A stretch of 64,000 bases of DNA from Bacilli bacterium (lineage in GTDB: Bacteria; Bacillota_I; Bacilli_A; RF39; UBA660), in the NCBI GenBank assembly GCA_017411405.1, contig JAFQQE010000012.1, positions 17,280 to 81,279 on the forward strand. The letters run 5' to 3'. The translations under genes were made by a program, and so were the position numbers. The notes beneath the pieces were generated by a model, which did not search any database, was not told the DNA's origin, and was given only the letters and a program-made list of their open reading frames with translations. The stretch's first letter is position 1, and each line of letters begins with the position of its first letter. Of this stretch, positions 39,961-48,340 are shown piece after piece.

Positions 39961-40608
39961 TTATTTTTTACTATGACCTCTTAAAACTTTTGGAAGTTTT
40001 GTGATTTTTCCTAATCTGTCTTTTTCTATTGTTACTTCGTAAATTTCATCTTCTAATAGTTCTATCAATTCTAAATCATTTATTTGATTATATAAGGCTG
40101 AATAACCTCCAAATTTTTCTTGTAAAAATTCTTGTCTTTCTTTTATACTAGAATCTATAATATCTACTTTGTTTATAAGATAAATATCTTCATCAGCCAT
40201 ATTACATTTTAAAAGTGCAACAGTAGTAAATTTATTATAATCTTCTCTACTTTTAATATATGGATAAATAGGTGTTTCATATCCTATTAAATAAATTTTA
40301 TTTTCTATTTCTTTTTCACTTTCTTTTTTTATTAAATCTTCATATGTATAAATATTTTCTTGTCTTACTTTATCTAAATTTTCGTCACTTATTTCGATTA
40401 TTAAAGTTTCGTTTTTAGGTAAAGTTTCAGCAAATTCTGATAGATTATTTACAGTTCTAGCTGGGCCTAAAATATATAAAATTGGTTCAATAGTGAATTT
40501 ACCATTTTTATTTACTAATTTATAGAGTTCTGGACTTAGTTTGGTGAAATTTTTTTCAATAAATGGATTTCCTTTTTCGTCTTCGTATTTTACAAATTTT
40601 TTATACAT
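39961..40608 (-). CDS. hypothetical protein
   Basis: 215-aa ORF with no family recognised. Confidence 0.45.
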   Translation of the reverse strand: MYKKFVKYEDEKGNPFIEKNFTKLSPELYKLVNKNGKFTIEPILYILGPARTVNNLSEFAETLPKNETLIIEISDENLDKVRQENIYTYEDLIKKESEKEIENKIYLIGYETPIYPYIKSREDYNKFTTVALLKCNMADEDIYLINKVDIIDSSIKERQEFLQEKFGGYSALYNQINDLELIELLEDEIYEVTIEKDRLGKITKLPKVLRGHSKK

Positions 40609-40758
40609 ATAATCATTCCTTTTTTCTATATATAGTATAACATTTTATTTTTTTATATGAAAGTATATTATGCAAATTTGGTAAAAATATTTTTTAATAT
40701 ATTTATTGATTAAATATCGTTAGTTTTGATAAAATATAATTGTAAAAGGAGTAGTAAT

Positions 40759-42492
40759 ATGAAATTTGATTTATGTAAATATATTCCTAGATTATTTGCA
40801 TCTTGGTTAAGTATGATTTTAATACAAAATGTTTCAATTATATTTATAAATGAAATTAATATAATTCATATGTTTTTAGGGATTTTGATTTTTATTGTTA
40901 ACTTTATACTATTAACTATATTTAGTAAAAAAATAACAAAAATAAATGTTGATTCTTTATTTTTAGTAGTTAATTATTTTATTTGCTCTTTGATATGGCT
41001 AAGTCAGAATAATAATATTTTATATTTGTTAGCAATACTTATATTTTTTTATATTATTTTAATGTTTTTTATTAATAAAAATAGAAGGTTAGTGAATAAT
41101 ATTAGAATTAACAAAAAAATATATGTAACTATGTTGATATTAATAATAATTGTACCTTTTTTAATATTATTAAATATTGGTATTTTGCGTTATATAACAT
41201 ATAATACTCCCAATTTTGATTTTGGTATATTCAGTCATATTTTTTATTATATGAAAGAAACATTTATACCTTATTCTACTTGTGAAAGGGATTTTTTATT
41301 ATCTCATTTTGCTGTACATTTTTCTCCTATTTTATATTTTATTTTACCTATTTATTATATTTTTTCTAATCCTGTTGTTTTACAGATTTGTCAGGTTGTA
41401 TTATTATATTTAGGGTTAATTCCTTTAATTAAATTGTGTGATTTTTATAAATTTAGTAAAAAGAAGAAATTAATTATGGTGTTTTTATATTCATTTTTTC
41501 CTATATTGAGTAGTGGTACTTTTTTTGACTTTCATGAAAACTGTTTTTTACCTGTATTATTGTTATATGTTTTTTATTTTTTTGAGAAAGATAATAAGTT
41601 TTTATTTTATGTTTTTATATTTCTAACTTTATTAGTGAAAGAAGATGTTTTTATATATATGGTTATTTTTGCTTTATATATAATTATTTCTAGAAAGAAA
41701 TATAAATTAGGTTTAAGCGTGATGATTATTTCTCTTGTTTATTTTTGTATTACTGCATTTTTTATGAATAAGTATGGATTAGGGATTATGTCTAATAGAT
41801 ATGAAAATTTAATTTATGGTGATTCTGGATTGTTAGGTGCTATAAAGACTATTATTTTTAATCCGGGATATACTTTAACTCAATTGTTAAGTAATCCTAA
41901 TAATGACTTTAATAAAATTATTTATTTAATTAAGTTATTTTTACCTGTTATGTTTATACCATTTGTTACTAAAAAGGTTTCTAGGTATATATTACTATTA
42001 CCTTGTTTAATAAATTTATTAACTAATTATATTTATGCATATGATGTGAATTTTCATTATAGTTATGGTATACTAGCTTTTGTGTTTTATTTAATGATTT
42101 TGAATTTAAAGGATATGAGGTTAGGATTATCTTTAAGAATTTTTCCTTTTGCTATTATGACATGTTTCTTATTTTATTATTGTTTTGTATTTTCTTGTTT
42201 TAAAAATAATGTTTCAAATTATTTAATTTATAAAGATGATTATAAAATAGTAAGTAAAATAATAAATAGTATTCCAAATGATGCTGTTGTTAGTAGTTCA
42301 ACTTTTTATTTACCTCATTTAACTTTAAGAAAAGAATTATATGAAGAATATTATCATACGGATTTAGATGATATAGATTATATAGTTTTAGATATGAGGT
42401 ATAACGATAATAATTTAGAATTTTATTTAAATAATGGTTTTGAAATAATTAAAGAACATAGTGAATTTATAGCAATATTAAAAAATAAGTAG
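40759..42492 (+). CDS. DUF2079-like polytopic membrane protein (GT-C-like)
   Basis: More than 10 TM helices. NFDFGIFSHIFYY...LSHFAVHFSPILYFILPIYY resembles the DUF2079 signature. ATG at 40759 follows AAAGGAG. Confidence 0.55.
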   Translation: MKFDLCKYIPRLFASWLSMILIQNVSIIFINEINIIHMFLGILIFIVNFILLTIFSKKITKINVDSLFLVVNYFICSLIWLSQNNNILYLLAILIFFYIILMFFINKNRRLVNNIRINKKIYVTMLILIIIVPFLILLNIGILRYITYNTPNFDFGIFSHIFYYMKETFIPYSTCERDFLLSHFAVHFSPILYFILPIYYIFSNPVVLQICQVVLLYLGLIPLIKLCDFYKFSKKKKLIMVFLYSFFPILSSGTFFDFHENCFLPVLLLYVFYFFEKDNKFLFYVFIFLTLLVKEDVFIYMVIFALYIIISRKKYKLGLSVMIISLVYFCITAFFMNKYGLGIMSNRYENLIYGDSGLLGAIKTIIFNPGYTLTQLLSNPNNDFNKIIYLIKLFLPVMFIPFVTKKVSRYILLLPCLINLLTNYIYAYDVNFHYSYGILAFVFYLMILNLKDMRLGLSLRIFPFAIMTCFLFYYCFVFSCFKNNVSNYLIYKDDYKIVSKIINSIPNDAVVSSSTFYLPHLTLRKELYEEYYHTDLDDIDYIVLDMRYNDNNLEFYLNNGFEIIKEHSEFIAILKNK

Positions 42493-42498
42493 GAGGTT

Positions 42499-42825
42499 AT
42501 GATGGATAATAAAAGATTTAAAATGATTGATGAGAACTTTATTTGTGAGGTTTGTAATAAGAGTGTAGAAAAGTTAGAATATACTGCTAGAGATCATTGT
42601 CCTCATTGTTTATGTAGTAAACATTTAGATGTTAATCCTGGAGATAGAAAGAGTGATTGTCTAGGAATACTTGAACCTATTGATATAGAAAAGGGTAAGA
42701 AAGATTCTTTAAAAATAGTATATAAATGTAATAAATGTGGAATGATTAAGAAAAATAAATCAGCAGAAGATGATAATTTTGATAAGTTATTAGAAATTAT
42801 GAGTAAAGAGAATAAAAGTATTTAA
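42499..42825 (+). CDS. RNHCP domain protein (Zn-ribbon)
   Basis: CEVC...RDHCPHCLCSKHLD...CNKC matches the RNHCP pattern. Confidence 0.6.
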   Translation: MMDNKRFKMIDENFICEVCNKSVEKLEYTARDHCPHCLCSKHLDVNPGDRKSDCLGILEPIDIEKGKKDSLKIVYKCNKCGMIKKNKSAEDDNFDKLLEIMSKENKSI

Positions 42826-42867
42826 AATAAATGCTTTTTTTTGTATAATAAAATGTAGGTGATAAAA

Positions 42868-44175
42868 ATGTTTGAATACATGGGAGATAGAATAAGTAAT
42901 GCTATAAAGAATATTAAAGGTATGGGTAAAATTACTGAAGATAATATTAGTGATGCAATGCGAGAGATAAGAATGGCTTTATTAGAAGCTGATGTTAATT
43001 ATGAAGTAGTTAAAGAATTTGTTCGTAATGTTAAAGAAAAAGCTTTAGGTATGGAAGTTGGTAAAAGTTTAAAACCTGATGAAGTGTTTATTAAATTAGT
43101 TAAAGATGAATTAATTACGCTATTAGGAAATGATTATGTAGAATTAGAAACTAAAAAAAATCCTACTATAATTATGATGGCTGGGTTACAAGGTAGTGGT
43201 AAGACTACTACTGTAGGGAAACTTGCTAATATGTTAAGACGAAAACATAAAAAGAATCCTTTATTAGTTGCATGCGATATTTATAGACCTGCTGCTATAG
43301 AACAATTAAAAACTATAGGTAAAGAGCTTAACATTACTGTTTTTGAACGTGGCAAAGAAAAGCCTTTAGATATTGTAAAAGAAGCTTTAGATTATGCTAA
43401 ACTTAATAATCATGATTATATTATCATAGATACAGCTGGTAGGCTTCATATAGATGAAGAGTTGATGGGAGAGTTAGTATCTATAAATGAGATAGTGAAA
43501 CCTGATGAAATCCTTTTAGTTATTGATGCTATGATGGGACAAGATGCAATAAATGTAATAAAAGGATTTAATGAAAAACTGCCACTTACTGGAGCTATAT
43601 TAACTAAAATGGATGGTAATACTAAAGGTGGGGTTGCTTTATCAGTTAGACATTTAACAAACATACCTATTAAGTTTATAGGTACTAGTGAAAAAATGGA
43701 TGGATTAAGTGAATTTTATCCAGAAAGAATGGCTGAACGTATTTTAGATATGGGAGATATTTTATCTATTGCAGAAAAAGTTGAAGGAATTATAAATGAA
43801 GATGAAGCAGAAGAACTTACTAAAAAAATGCAAAGAGGAAAATATGATTTAGAGGACTTCTTGACTAATTTAAAACAGATTAAAAAGTTGGGACCTTTAG
43901 AAAATATTTTAAAAATGTTACCAGGTGCTAGAAAAATGGGGTTAAATAATATTACTATAAATCCTAAAGATTTTGCTCATATAGAAGCTATAATACTTTC
44001 TATGACTCCTTATGAAAGAAAAAATCCGGATGTATTAAAAAATTCAAGGAAATTGAGAATTAGTAAGGGTAGTGGGAGAAGTGTTGAAGAAATAAATAGA
44101 TTACTTAAACAATTTGAACAAATGAAAGTTATGATGAAACAAGTAAGTAATGGAAATATGAAATTGCCATTTTAA
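42868..44175 (+). CDS. ffh: signal recognition particle protein Ffh
   Basis: GLQGSGKTTT, DTAGR and TKMDG GTPase motifs and a Met-rich M domain. ATG at 42868 follows AGGTGA. Confidence 0.95.
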   Translation: MFEYMGDRISNAIKNIKGMGKITEDNISDAMREIRMALLEADVNYEVVKEFVRNVKEKALGMEVGKSLKPDEVFIKLVKDELITLLGNDYVELETKKNPTIIMMAGLQGSGKTTTVGKLANMLRRKHKKNPLLVACDIYRPAAIEQLKTIGKELNITVFERGKEKPLDIVKEALDYAKLNNHDYIIIDTAGRLHIDEELMGELVSINEIVKPDEILLVIDAMMGQDAINVIKGFNEKLPLTGAILTKMDGNTKGGVALSVRHLTNIPIKFIGTSEKMDGLSEFYPERMAERILDMGDILSIAEKVEGIINEDEAEELTKKMQRGKYDLEDFLTNLKQIKKLGPLENILKMLPGARKMGLNNITINPKDFAHIEAIILSMTPYERKNPDVLKNSRKLRISKGSGRSVEEINRLLKQFEQMKVMMKQVSNGNMKLPF

Positions 44176-44202
44176 AAAAGTATTAGAGTTTAATACTTTT
44201 TT
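44176..44202. terminator. bidirectional terminator between ffh and a convergent gene
   Basis: 10-bp stem AAAAGTATTA/TAATACTTTT plus T-run. It overlaps the last codons of the minus-strand ORF. Confidence 0.6.
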
Positions 44203-44620
44203 CTTTTAGTTGTTCTGATATATAAATAATTTTATAATTATCGATAGAGTTGTATCTACAGTTTTTATTATTATCTATTTGGTATTGGCTTTGTTTTAAA
44301 AATAACGCTATTTTTTCAAAAAAATTTTGACTAATATATAGTTTATTATTTTTTACTTTTCCCTCAATTATAAAAGCAGCAGCTAATCTTCTTATTCTTT
44401 TTAAATCACTAAGTAGTACATTTTTTGTATCTGATGTTATTTTAATTATGGATTTTCCATATTCATATAATTCATTTTCACTAATTAATATATAGTTAGC
44501 GAAATTATTATTTATGTTACGAACTAAAAATAGTTTTTCTTCATTTGTTTTAAAGTTTAATGGTAAAACATAATGCTTATCTTTTTTTTCAATATTGTCT
44601 ATATTTAGCGTATTTTCCAT
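44183..44620 (-). CDS. hypothetical protein
   Basis: 145-aa ORF with RBS GGAGAA upstream. No family recognised. Confidence 0.45.
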   Translation of the reverse strand: MENTLNIDNIEKKDKHYVLPLNFKTNEEKLFLVRNINNNFANYILISENELYEYGKSIIKITSDTKNVLLSDLKRIRRLAAAFIIEGKVKNNKLYISQNFFEKIALFLKQSQYQIDNNKNCRYNSIDNYKIIYISEQLKEKSIKL

Positions 44621-44684
44621 AATTTAATTCTCCTTTGTTTAATTAAATGATATCATATATTTATAAATAATTAAAGAAATAGTA

Positions 44685-44713
44685 TTGACATAACCTTTAA
44701 TTTACTATATACT
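44685..44713 (+). promoter_or_regulatory. near-consensus sigma-A promoter with no ORF behind it
   Basis: -35 TTGACA (44685-44690), 17-nt spacer, -10 TATACT (44708-44713). Confidence 0.6.
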
Positions 44714-44718
44714 ATAGG

Positions 44719-45077
44719 TAGCTTAGATAGAGTAATATAGTTCAGGAAGATTTAATTATTTTTTATTAAATCTTAGAAAGTCGTTTGCATTTTTGTAGGA
44801 ATTATATTCAATTAGGTTTTTATAATCGAGCATAGGGTTGGTATCAATTATTAATGTTATGATTGATTATAAGATAACCGCTTTTATTGAAAATTTATTT
44901 ATATGAATAATAAATAAAATCTTGTCAAATCTAAGCATTGCAATTGTAATAGAGAAAGACACTCTGAATGATAAGATGTTGTGCTAAATACTGATAATAT
45001 TTAGTTGTTAGATGGGACATCTACTCACAACTTTTCTTAAACTCGGACCAATAGTATTATCAGTGCTATTGGTTTTT
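44719..45077 (+). ncRNA. candidate structured RNA of about 360 nt, or a long attenuator leader (unclassified)
   Basis: Bounded by the promoter above and a strong terminator. No ORF of 60 aa or more on either strand. Locally G+C-richer patches. Hairpins at 44743-44772 and 45004-45031. Possible long-range pairing of GCTTAGAT (44721-44728) with ATCTAAGC (44929-44936). Confidence 0.4.
45047..45077 (+). terminator. rho-independent terminator or attenuator
   Basis: Perfect 8-bp stem ACCAATAG (45047-45054) / CTATTGGT (45066-45073) followed by TTTTT. Confidence 0.7.
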
Positions 45078-45126
45078 GTATGGACAAAAATATTTAAATA
45101 TCTTATACTTTTATTAGGTGATGTTT

Positions 45127-45309
45127 ATGAAAAAAAGATTATATAAAAGTACAACTGATAAAAAAATAGCAGGTGTGTGTGGTGGAATTGCTGAATACAT
45201 GAATGTTGATTCAACAATCGTTAGATTAATTTGTATTGCACTAGTATTTGGTTGGGGTACAGGATTACTTGCTTATATAGTAGCTGCTATAATTATGCCT
45301 ATAAAATAA
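45127..45309 (+). CDS. PspC domain protein
   Basis: KRLYKS..DKKIAGVCGGIAEYMNVDSTIVRLI followed by a TM helix. ATG at 45127 follows AGGTGA. Confidence 0.75.
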   Translation: MKKRLYKSTTDKKIAGVCGGIAEYMNVDSTIVRLICIALVFGWGTGLLAYIVAAIIMPIK

Positions 45310-45329
45310 TTTAATTGTAGTGGGGGATT

Positions 45330-46121
45330 ATGAAAATAAATGGTTTAAAACATTTAAATAATAATTGGTATGATAGTATTATGATACGTAATACTGATTC
45401 TAATGAAACTAAAATTAATATTAAAAATAAAGATAATATAAATTCTATATACAATAGTTCTTTTTCTGATTCAATTAAATATTTAAGTGAAAAAGATAAA
45501 ATAAATGAAATAATAAGGTATTATTTAAGAAATAATAAAATATATTCTATAAATGATAAAACTAAGTTGGAGTATTATGATGGTTATTTTATTGCTATAG
45601 AGGGTACTAGAAATTTATATTTACAACTTAAAGATAATTCTATAGATAAAGAAGTATTAGAAGAAATTAAAGAAAAATATATTAGCGATAGATATGAATA
45701 TTTATATAATTTAGATATTAAAAATATAGATTTTAGTTATTTTATTGATGAAAGTTCTTATTATGTAAGTAAATATAGAAATGAAGTAGAAGATGTATTA
45801 AATATTCAATTAAAATCTAATGATAATAAAGTATTATCAAAATTTGAAAAAGATTTTTTATTAGATTATATTAAGTATTTATTTAGTAAAACTGATCAAA
45901 AAATATATGAACGCCATGTAGGTATATCTATTTATATGTATAAGTATTATGATACTTTAAAATTTGGAGAATTTCCTGGTATATATATTGGAAATAAAGA
46001 CTTTATATTAAAAATAAATTATAGTATTTTTAAAGAAATAGATGGTTTAATTTATAGGCATAATAAAAATATTGAAGATTCTAAAAAAATGCAATTATCT
46101 TTATTAAAAAAGAATAGTTAA
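45330..46121 (+). CDS. hypothetical protein
   Basis: 263-aa ORF with RBS GGGGGA upstream. No family recognised. Confidence 0.45.
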   Translation: MKINGLKHLNNNWYDSIMIRNTDSNETKINIKNKDNINSIYNSSFSDSIKYLSEKDKINEIIRYYLRNNKIYSINDKTKLEYYDGYFIAIEGTRNLYLQLKDNSIDKEVLEEIKEKYISDRYEYLYNLDIKNIDFSYFIDESSYYVSKYRNEVEDVLNIQLKSNDNKVLSKFEKDFLLDYIKYLFSKTDQKIYERHVGISIYMYKYYDTLKFGEFPGIYIGNKDFILKINYSIFKEIDGLIYRHNKNIEDSKKMQLSLLKKNS

Positions 46122-46182
46122 AATATACTAGTACATATCTAATAATATTTCATAAAATATTTTAGAAAGGATAGTGTACAAA

Positions 46183-46470
46183 ATGTATAATTTTAGATGT
46201 GTAGATAAAGAACCAAAAGAAATTAATTATGGAAATATGATGTATAACGGCAATATGTCTATGGCTGGTATGGAATGTCCTATAATTTATGAGTGTCCAA
46301 TAGAAAGAGTGTGTCATAGGGAAATACATCATCATGTACCACATGTTTGTCCAATAAATACTAGAGTAATTAACCATCATATTTATACTCATACTTATAC
46401 TCCTGAATATACTTGTTCAGAGGAAAATGAAAAGTGTGATATATATCAAGGTAATTGCAATAACTTTTAA
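46183..46470 (+). CDS. small Cys/His-rich protein, possibly CotD-like spore coat protein
   Basis: ECPIIYECPIERVCHREIHHHVPHVCPINTRVINHHIYTHTYTPEY resembles the His/Pro-rich pattern of CotD. A hairpin terminator follows at 46471-46495. Confidence 0.35.
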   Translation: MYNFRCVDKEPKEINYGNMMYNGNMSMAGMECPIIYECPIERVCHREIHHHVPHVCPINTRVINHHIYTHTYTPEYTCSEENEKCDIYQGNCNNF

Positions 46471-46773
46471 ATCTCTTAGGAGATTTTTTCTTTTTATGTT
46501 AAATAATTTATGAAGTGCGTAGATAGTTATCGAAATTTGTTAATTTTTAGTTTTATAATTTGTTATATAGAACTGAAAAAATAGAGGAATGTGGTAGTAT
46601 TGTTTCTGAATATATATTAGTAAATAATTATTATTTTTTTATAATTCATGTAATTTGCATTTTAATTTTTATATGTTATAATGTAAGTGTTTGATTTAAG
46701 TATTTGTATTGTAAATTTAATATTGTTTTTTAGATTAAAAGATAATACAGTTAAATAATATTTGGAGGGTTTT

Positions 46774-47901
46774 ATGAATATAAAGGATATTATAAAAAAT
46801 TTTAAAATAGATGGAGAAATAGTTAGTATAGAGGCAAATAATACTGGAAATATTAATAGAACTTATATGGTTACTGTTAATAAAGATGGTAAAGATAAAA
46901 GGTATATTGTTCAAAAAATTAATACTACTGTATTTAATGAACCTTATTTATTAATGAATAATATAGAAAATGTTACTAATTATTGTAGAAATTATTTAGA
47001 ACAAAATGGTGAAGATATTAAAAGAGGTACATTAAGTGTAGTTAGGACAATAGATAACAAAAATTTATATAGAACTAAAGATAATGAGTATTATAGAATG
47101 TATGATTTTGTTGAAAATGCTATATCTTATGATAAAGCTGAAAATGAAGAAATGTTTTATAATGTTGGAAAAGCTTGCGGACATTTTGTACGTATGTTAG
47201 ATGGCTATCCTATGGATGAATTAGATGAAACTATACCTAATTTCCATAATACTAAATCTAGATATGATGATTTGATAAATAGTATAAAAAAAGATCCGGT
47301 AGGACGAGCTAAAATGGTTATGCCTGAGATATTATTTGTTTTAAAGAGAAGTGATCAAGTTAGTCAAATAGTAGATTTGATTGATAAGGGAGAAATTCCT
47401 TTACGTGTTACTCATAATGATACTAAAATTAATAATGTTTTAATGGATAAAAATACTAATGAAGCTATATGTATGATAGATTTGGATACTGTAATGCCTG
47501 GAAGTGCACTATATGATTTTGGAGATGCTGTTAGAAGTGGTGCTGCTAAAACTATAGAGGATGATCCTAATTTAGAAAATGCAGGTATTAATTTGGATTA
47601 TTTTAAAAGTTTTACTGAAGCTTATTTAAGTGAAACTAAGGATATATTAACTAAAACTGAAATAGATTATTTAGCTTTTTCTTGTATTTTATTGACTTTA
47701 GAGTTAGCTATTAGATTTTTAACTGATTATATTAATGGTGATACATATTTTAAATGTAATTATGAAAATCATAATTTAGATAGAGTAAGAAATCAAATTG
47801 CTTTAGTAAAAGATATGGAAAAGAATTATGTTAATATGAATAATATTGTAAGAAAAATTGCTTATGGTAAATCATTAACATTAAAAAAGGATAATAAGTG
47901 A
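46774..47901 (+). CDS. APH-fold sugar/small-molecule kinase, N-acetylhexosamine-1-kinase-like
   Basis: Brenner motif HNDTKINNVLMD and IDLDTVMPGSALYDFGD. ATG at 46774 follows GGAGGG. Confidence 0.55.
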   Translation: MNIKDIIKNFKIDGEIVSIEANNTGNINRTYMVTVNKDGKDKRYIVQKINTTVFNEPYLLMNNIENVTNYCRNYLEQNGEDIKRGTLSVVRTIDNKNLYRTKDNEYYRMYDFVENAISYDKAENEEMFYNVGKACGHFVRMLDGYPMDELDETIPNFHNTKSRYDDLINSIKKDPVGRAKMVMPEILFVLKRSDQVSQIVDLIDKGEIPLRVTHNDTKINNVLMDKNTNEAICMIDLDTVMPGSALYDFGDAVRSGAAKTIEDDPNLENAGINLDYFKSFTEAYLSETKDILTKTEIDYLAFSCILLTLELAIRFLTDYINGDTYFKCNYENHNLDRVRNQIALVKDMEKNYVNMNNIVRKIAYGKSLTLKKDNK

Positions 47902-48269
47902 AAGCATTAACTATAAAACAACCTTATGCATCTTTAATAGTAAATAATTATAAAGAATATGAATTTAGAAGTTGGAATACTAATTATAGAGGTAAAATTT
48001 TAATTCATGCTGGGTTATCTAAGTATAGTAATTTAAATGATTTTAATATGTATAATTTAGATTATATTTATGGTGCTATTATAGGAGAGGCTTATATAGT
48101 TGATTCTATAAAAGTGGACAAAGAATTTGATAGTTATTTGCATAAATTGAACAATTTGGTGTATGCTGGTGATCATGTTGATTTATATGCTTGGAAGTTA
48201 GAAAATATTGTAAAGTATGATAAACCTATATTTGTTAAGGGAAAATTAGGCTTATGGAATTATGAATAG
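47898..48269 (+). CDS. ASCH domain protein
   Basis: The N-terminus KALTIKQPYASLIV...YEFRSW.T.YRGKILIHAG is typical of ASCH/PUA-like proteins. GTGA overlap with the upstream stop. Confidence 0.5.
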   Translation: MKALTIKQPYASLIVNNYKEYEFRSWNTNYRGKILIHAGLSKYSNLNDFNMYNLDYIYGAIIGEAYIVDSIKVDKEFDSYLHKLNNLVYAGDHVDLYAWKLENIVKYDKPIFVKGKLGLWNYE

Positions 48270-48340
48270 AAAGTGAAAATTTTGCTTTCTATTTTCTTTA
48301 TATTATGTTAGAATTTATTTATATAATTTGAGGTGGTATT

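Noticed and set aside
44743-44785. RNase P RNA hypothesis for the non-coding transcript (a P3-like hairpin followed by AGAAAGTCG, reminiscent of GAGGAAAGUCC)
   Set aside because: I could not find the complementary P4 3' strand (..ACA.AA..GGCUUA-type) or the other conserved class B regions. The 3' sequence CACAACTTTTCTTAAACTCGGACC only loosely resembles it. It stays unclassified pending a covariance-model search.
44829-44846. T-box-like sequence TAGGGTTGGTATC within the non-coding region
   Set aside because: It differs from the AGGGUGGNACCGCG consensus by an extra U and by ACC becoming AUC. It also lies about 200 nt upstream of the terminator rather than within an antiterminator overlapping it. 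The downstream gene is not an aminoacyl-tRNA-related gene.
45012-45146. 44-codon ORF (MGHLLTTFLKLGPIVLSVLLVFVWTKIFKYLILLLGDVYEKKII) encoding a hydrophobic peptide
   Set aside because: There is no Shine-Dalgarno sequence before the ATG. Its hydrophobic core is encoded by the perfect terminator hairpin plus T-run, and it overlaps the PspC start out of frame. It is kept only as an alternative explanation to be tested by ribosome profiling.
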